A stretch of DNA of 64,000 nt from Podarcis liolepis (lineage: Eukaryota): the NCBI GenBank assembly GCA_965112155.1, contig OZ218102.1; one strand, given 5' to 3'. The position numbers and the translations under genes are program-made. The notes below the pieces were generated by a model that saw nothing but the letters and a program-made list of their open reading frames with translations, made no database searches and was not told the DNA's origin. Every line of letters starts with the position of its first letter. The first letter of the stretch is position 1. Below are positions 61,443 to 64,000 of this stretch, in pieces.

Positions 61443-64000
61443 GCAGACAGCTTAGTAAAGACTTTGGTGGGTTTGGGCGGAAAGGGCTTGAGATAAGATC
61501 AAGATGACTTTATAGCATGTTTTCTTTTTCAAGCATTGCTGCTTTTCTTTGGCTTGATGTTCACTTCCCAGCTAGCATATTGCTCAGTCCTTCTGATACT
61601 GGTGAATGCTTCTGAGCAATGAGATCTGATGAAATGGTAACGGTTGAAAGCAACGTGACATTTTCCTTATCCTCCCTTTACAATCCTTACAAGAACTTAG
61701 AATCTATCTTCAACATCTGGTCATGTATTATTACGTGAACAGTGATCCACAGCAAATGGATAAAGGGAGAAATCTTATTCTGCCTCCTCACTCAAAAATA
61801 AACTGTCTTATTATAGGAATTTATTCTTAAATCCCATAGCAACCAGTCAGTCATATGAAGCAATGATATTTTAATTATCTGCATCATTACTGGGAATAAA
61901 TGCATGTACTAGTCAACTGAAAGTTAAAACAATTACCAGGAATTAATTTGGAATTCAATAACCTCACTTCCCTCCCAAAGGATGCAATGACTCCTTAAAA
62001 GAGGAATGAGTAGTTGCAAAGAGTTGTTCAAACTGCTTTCTTTCCCCTTGCTGGCAGCTGAGTGACCTATGTGAACCAAAAGACAGAGGCTGCATGGGAT
62101 TTGTGCCTTCTACCACTTCCTGACAATGCGCAGGATCTATGGTTACTTTCTTTCTTTTATTATTACAGATCCATGAGGTCCCACTTTCTGCCATCTGCAC
62201 AGGAGTCATCAGGATAATCTTAAACTTAACCAAGTCAGATGGCTCTGATTCAGCTGGTGGTTTTTGTAGACCCGTGTACATATTACTGGCTATACACATC
62301 TTATCAACAATATCCAGTTGAGTTGCAGGACTTTGCTTGTCCAGCTAATGTAGAGGCAACATTGTAGTGATAAGAGGGAGAGTTGTAGAAAGGGGGTGGC
62401 AGATTCTGTATTCCAACTGACAGCTGAAACCTATTCATTTTCCAGCCAAACACTAACCCTGAAGTCAACAACAACAAAAAGACTACTGTACTAATATCTA
62501 AACAACCATGTTTTAAGAAGCGCCTGTCCATTCAAACACGTGTGATAGATGTGTAAAATGAAACTGAGAATACACCAAAGTTGTGAATAAGTGTGTTAAA
62601 AAGTGAACATACTTCAATAAGTACTGCCTCTGGCATGCATGGTGAGCAGCAAGCCTTCCACCTAGATGTAGAAGTGGGTGGAATCATTCAGGCGGTTGTG
62701 TGGCAATCCCTGTCATTTCCAAAGGTGCAAGGAAGGCTGGGGATTGTCCTGCACCTCCAAGGGGAAGGTTCCTGAAGATCCTTAGCTACACAGGGCCAAA
62801 CCAGTAATTACTTTCCACTCCTGTATTCCTGCTTTGGAGCAGGAAAGGTGGGGAGTGGGAGTATTAGGCACTGTGACCTGAGGGTGCTCTGTGTACCTTT
62901 GAGCACTGGCACTCAGTAACACACATTCCACAGTGGCCTTATCTTCAAGAATGAATGGATGCCACTACAAAGCACTTCTGGGATGCTGCATGCAAAAGCA
63001 CACACTTTCCCCCACCACCAAGCTTCTGCCACTCAGGAAAAAATTAGGGTGGATGAGCTGGAGACTACAATTTTTGGCATGGCCAGCAAGACCAGCCAAA
63101 ACTTATGGACCCCGGGGGCTTGGAGATATGCTTTGTCCTCAGAACAACCCTTTAAAGTAAACTGGCTCAGACATTGTAACTTGCACCAAGTTACCCACTG
63201 AACACTGTAACCATGTGTGGTTCTGAATTTGGGTTTTCCACATCCAAGTCCAACACTGCAGCAACTACATACACCTCACTAGCTTTCAACTGCAGTCATG
63301 AAAACAGCTTTCTTTCCCCTTTCTGTTAGCTTAGTGGCCTATGTGGACCAAGAGACAGAGGCTGCATGGGATTTATACTCATCAACTAATTCTCAAGCTA
63401 TCACTAAGTCTTCAGGCAATGAGGAATCATTACTCTAAGCATCACATAATCTTTAAAGGAGACTCACAGTTAGCATACTAACTGAAATTATGATAAGAAT
63501 GTCCCTTTTTGCAGTGGGGTAAAGATAAGTTAAATATTAGATTTCAGATATGATGACATCTTGGAAGATGTACTACAAATGAAATTAATCCGGTGGCAGC
63601 TTTTTTTTGGTATTTCCATATTTATTTTTTTCCATATTAAGGAATGAGAATGCACACTATGAGCAGGATCCAGACTAGCTATGGATAGAACTCCACAAGA
63701 TGCTGTGCTGGAGGAGAAGCAATTTTTGCAGATTCCCCCTTTCCTCTGCAGACCCCTGAAAACATGCTCTGGCAAGAACAGCATGGGAGGTGGAGTTTTG
63801 GACTATAAGAGAAAGTTGTCTTCCCTCCTTCCTCCAGCAGGAGCCTTCACCAAAGCTCAGTCTCTTCTGTTTTTGTTCACAGAAATGCAAGTCTGGATCC
63901 AACCCCATGTTGTTTGTGAGTTTGGAGGAATCCATTTGTGAACATAAAAATAAATAATGTCTGCTTCCAGACAACGTTTACTGTGCAATTGCTATGGCTT

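Overview
Vertebrate genomic DNA. The repeat content (Sauria SINE, tRNA/CR1-tail SINEs, pogo-like MITEs) indicates a squamate, probably a lacertid lizard. The whole window lies inside one minus-strand gene, diacylglycerol kinase delta (DGKD). I traced 28 consecutive coding exons (equivalent to human exons 2-29; 3411 nt = 1137 codons), all GT-AG and phase-consistent, covering the PH, C1a/C1b, split catalytic and SAM domains. Canonical exon 1 and the last exon are outside the window. The main accessory feature is a 3892-bp endogenous retrovirus in intron 7, antisense to DGKD. It has two apparently identical 367-bp LTRs, a 6-bp TSD and an elongator tRNA-Met PBS. It carries an open but internally deleted betaretrovirus-like gag, a small RT-thumb remnant and a decayed gamma-type env, so it looks like a recently mobilised non-autonomous element. 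Other points: a candidate MEF2/TATA-driven alternative first exon in frame with exon 2, candidate internal promoters in intron 3, candidate SAM-less terminal exons, a 1-kb hAT element with possibly captured CpG-rich DNA, and a head-to-head SINE pair flanked by one TSD-like repeat. All calls were made by eye, with no database searches; family names and human comparisons are from recollection.
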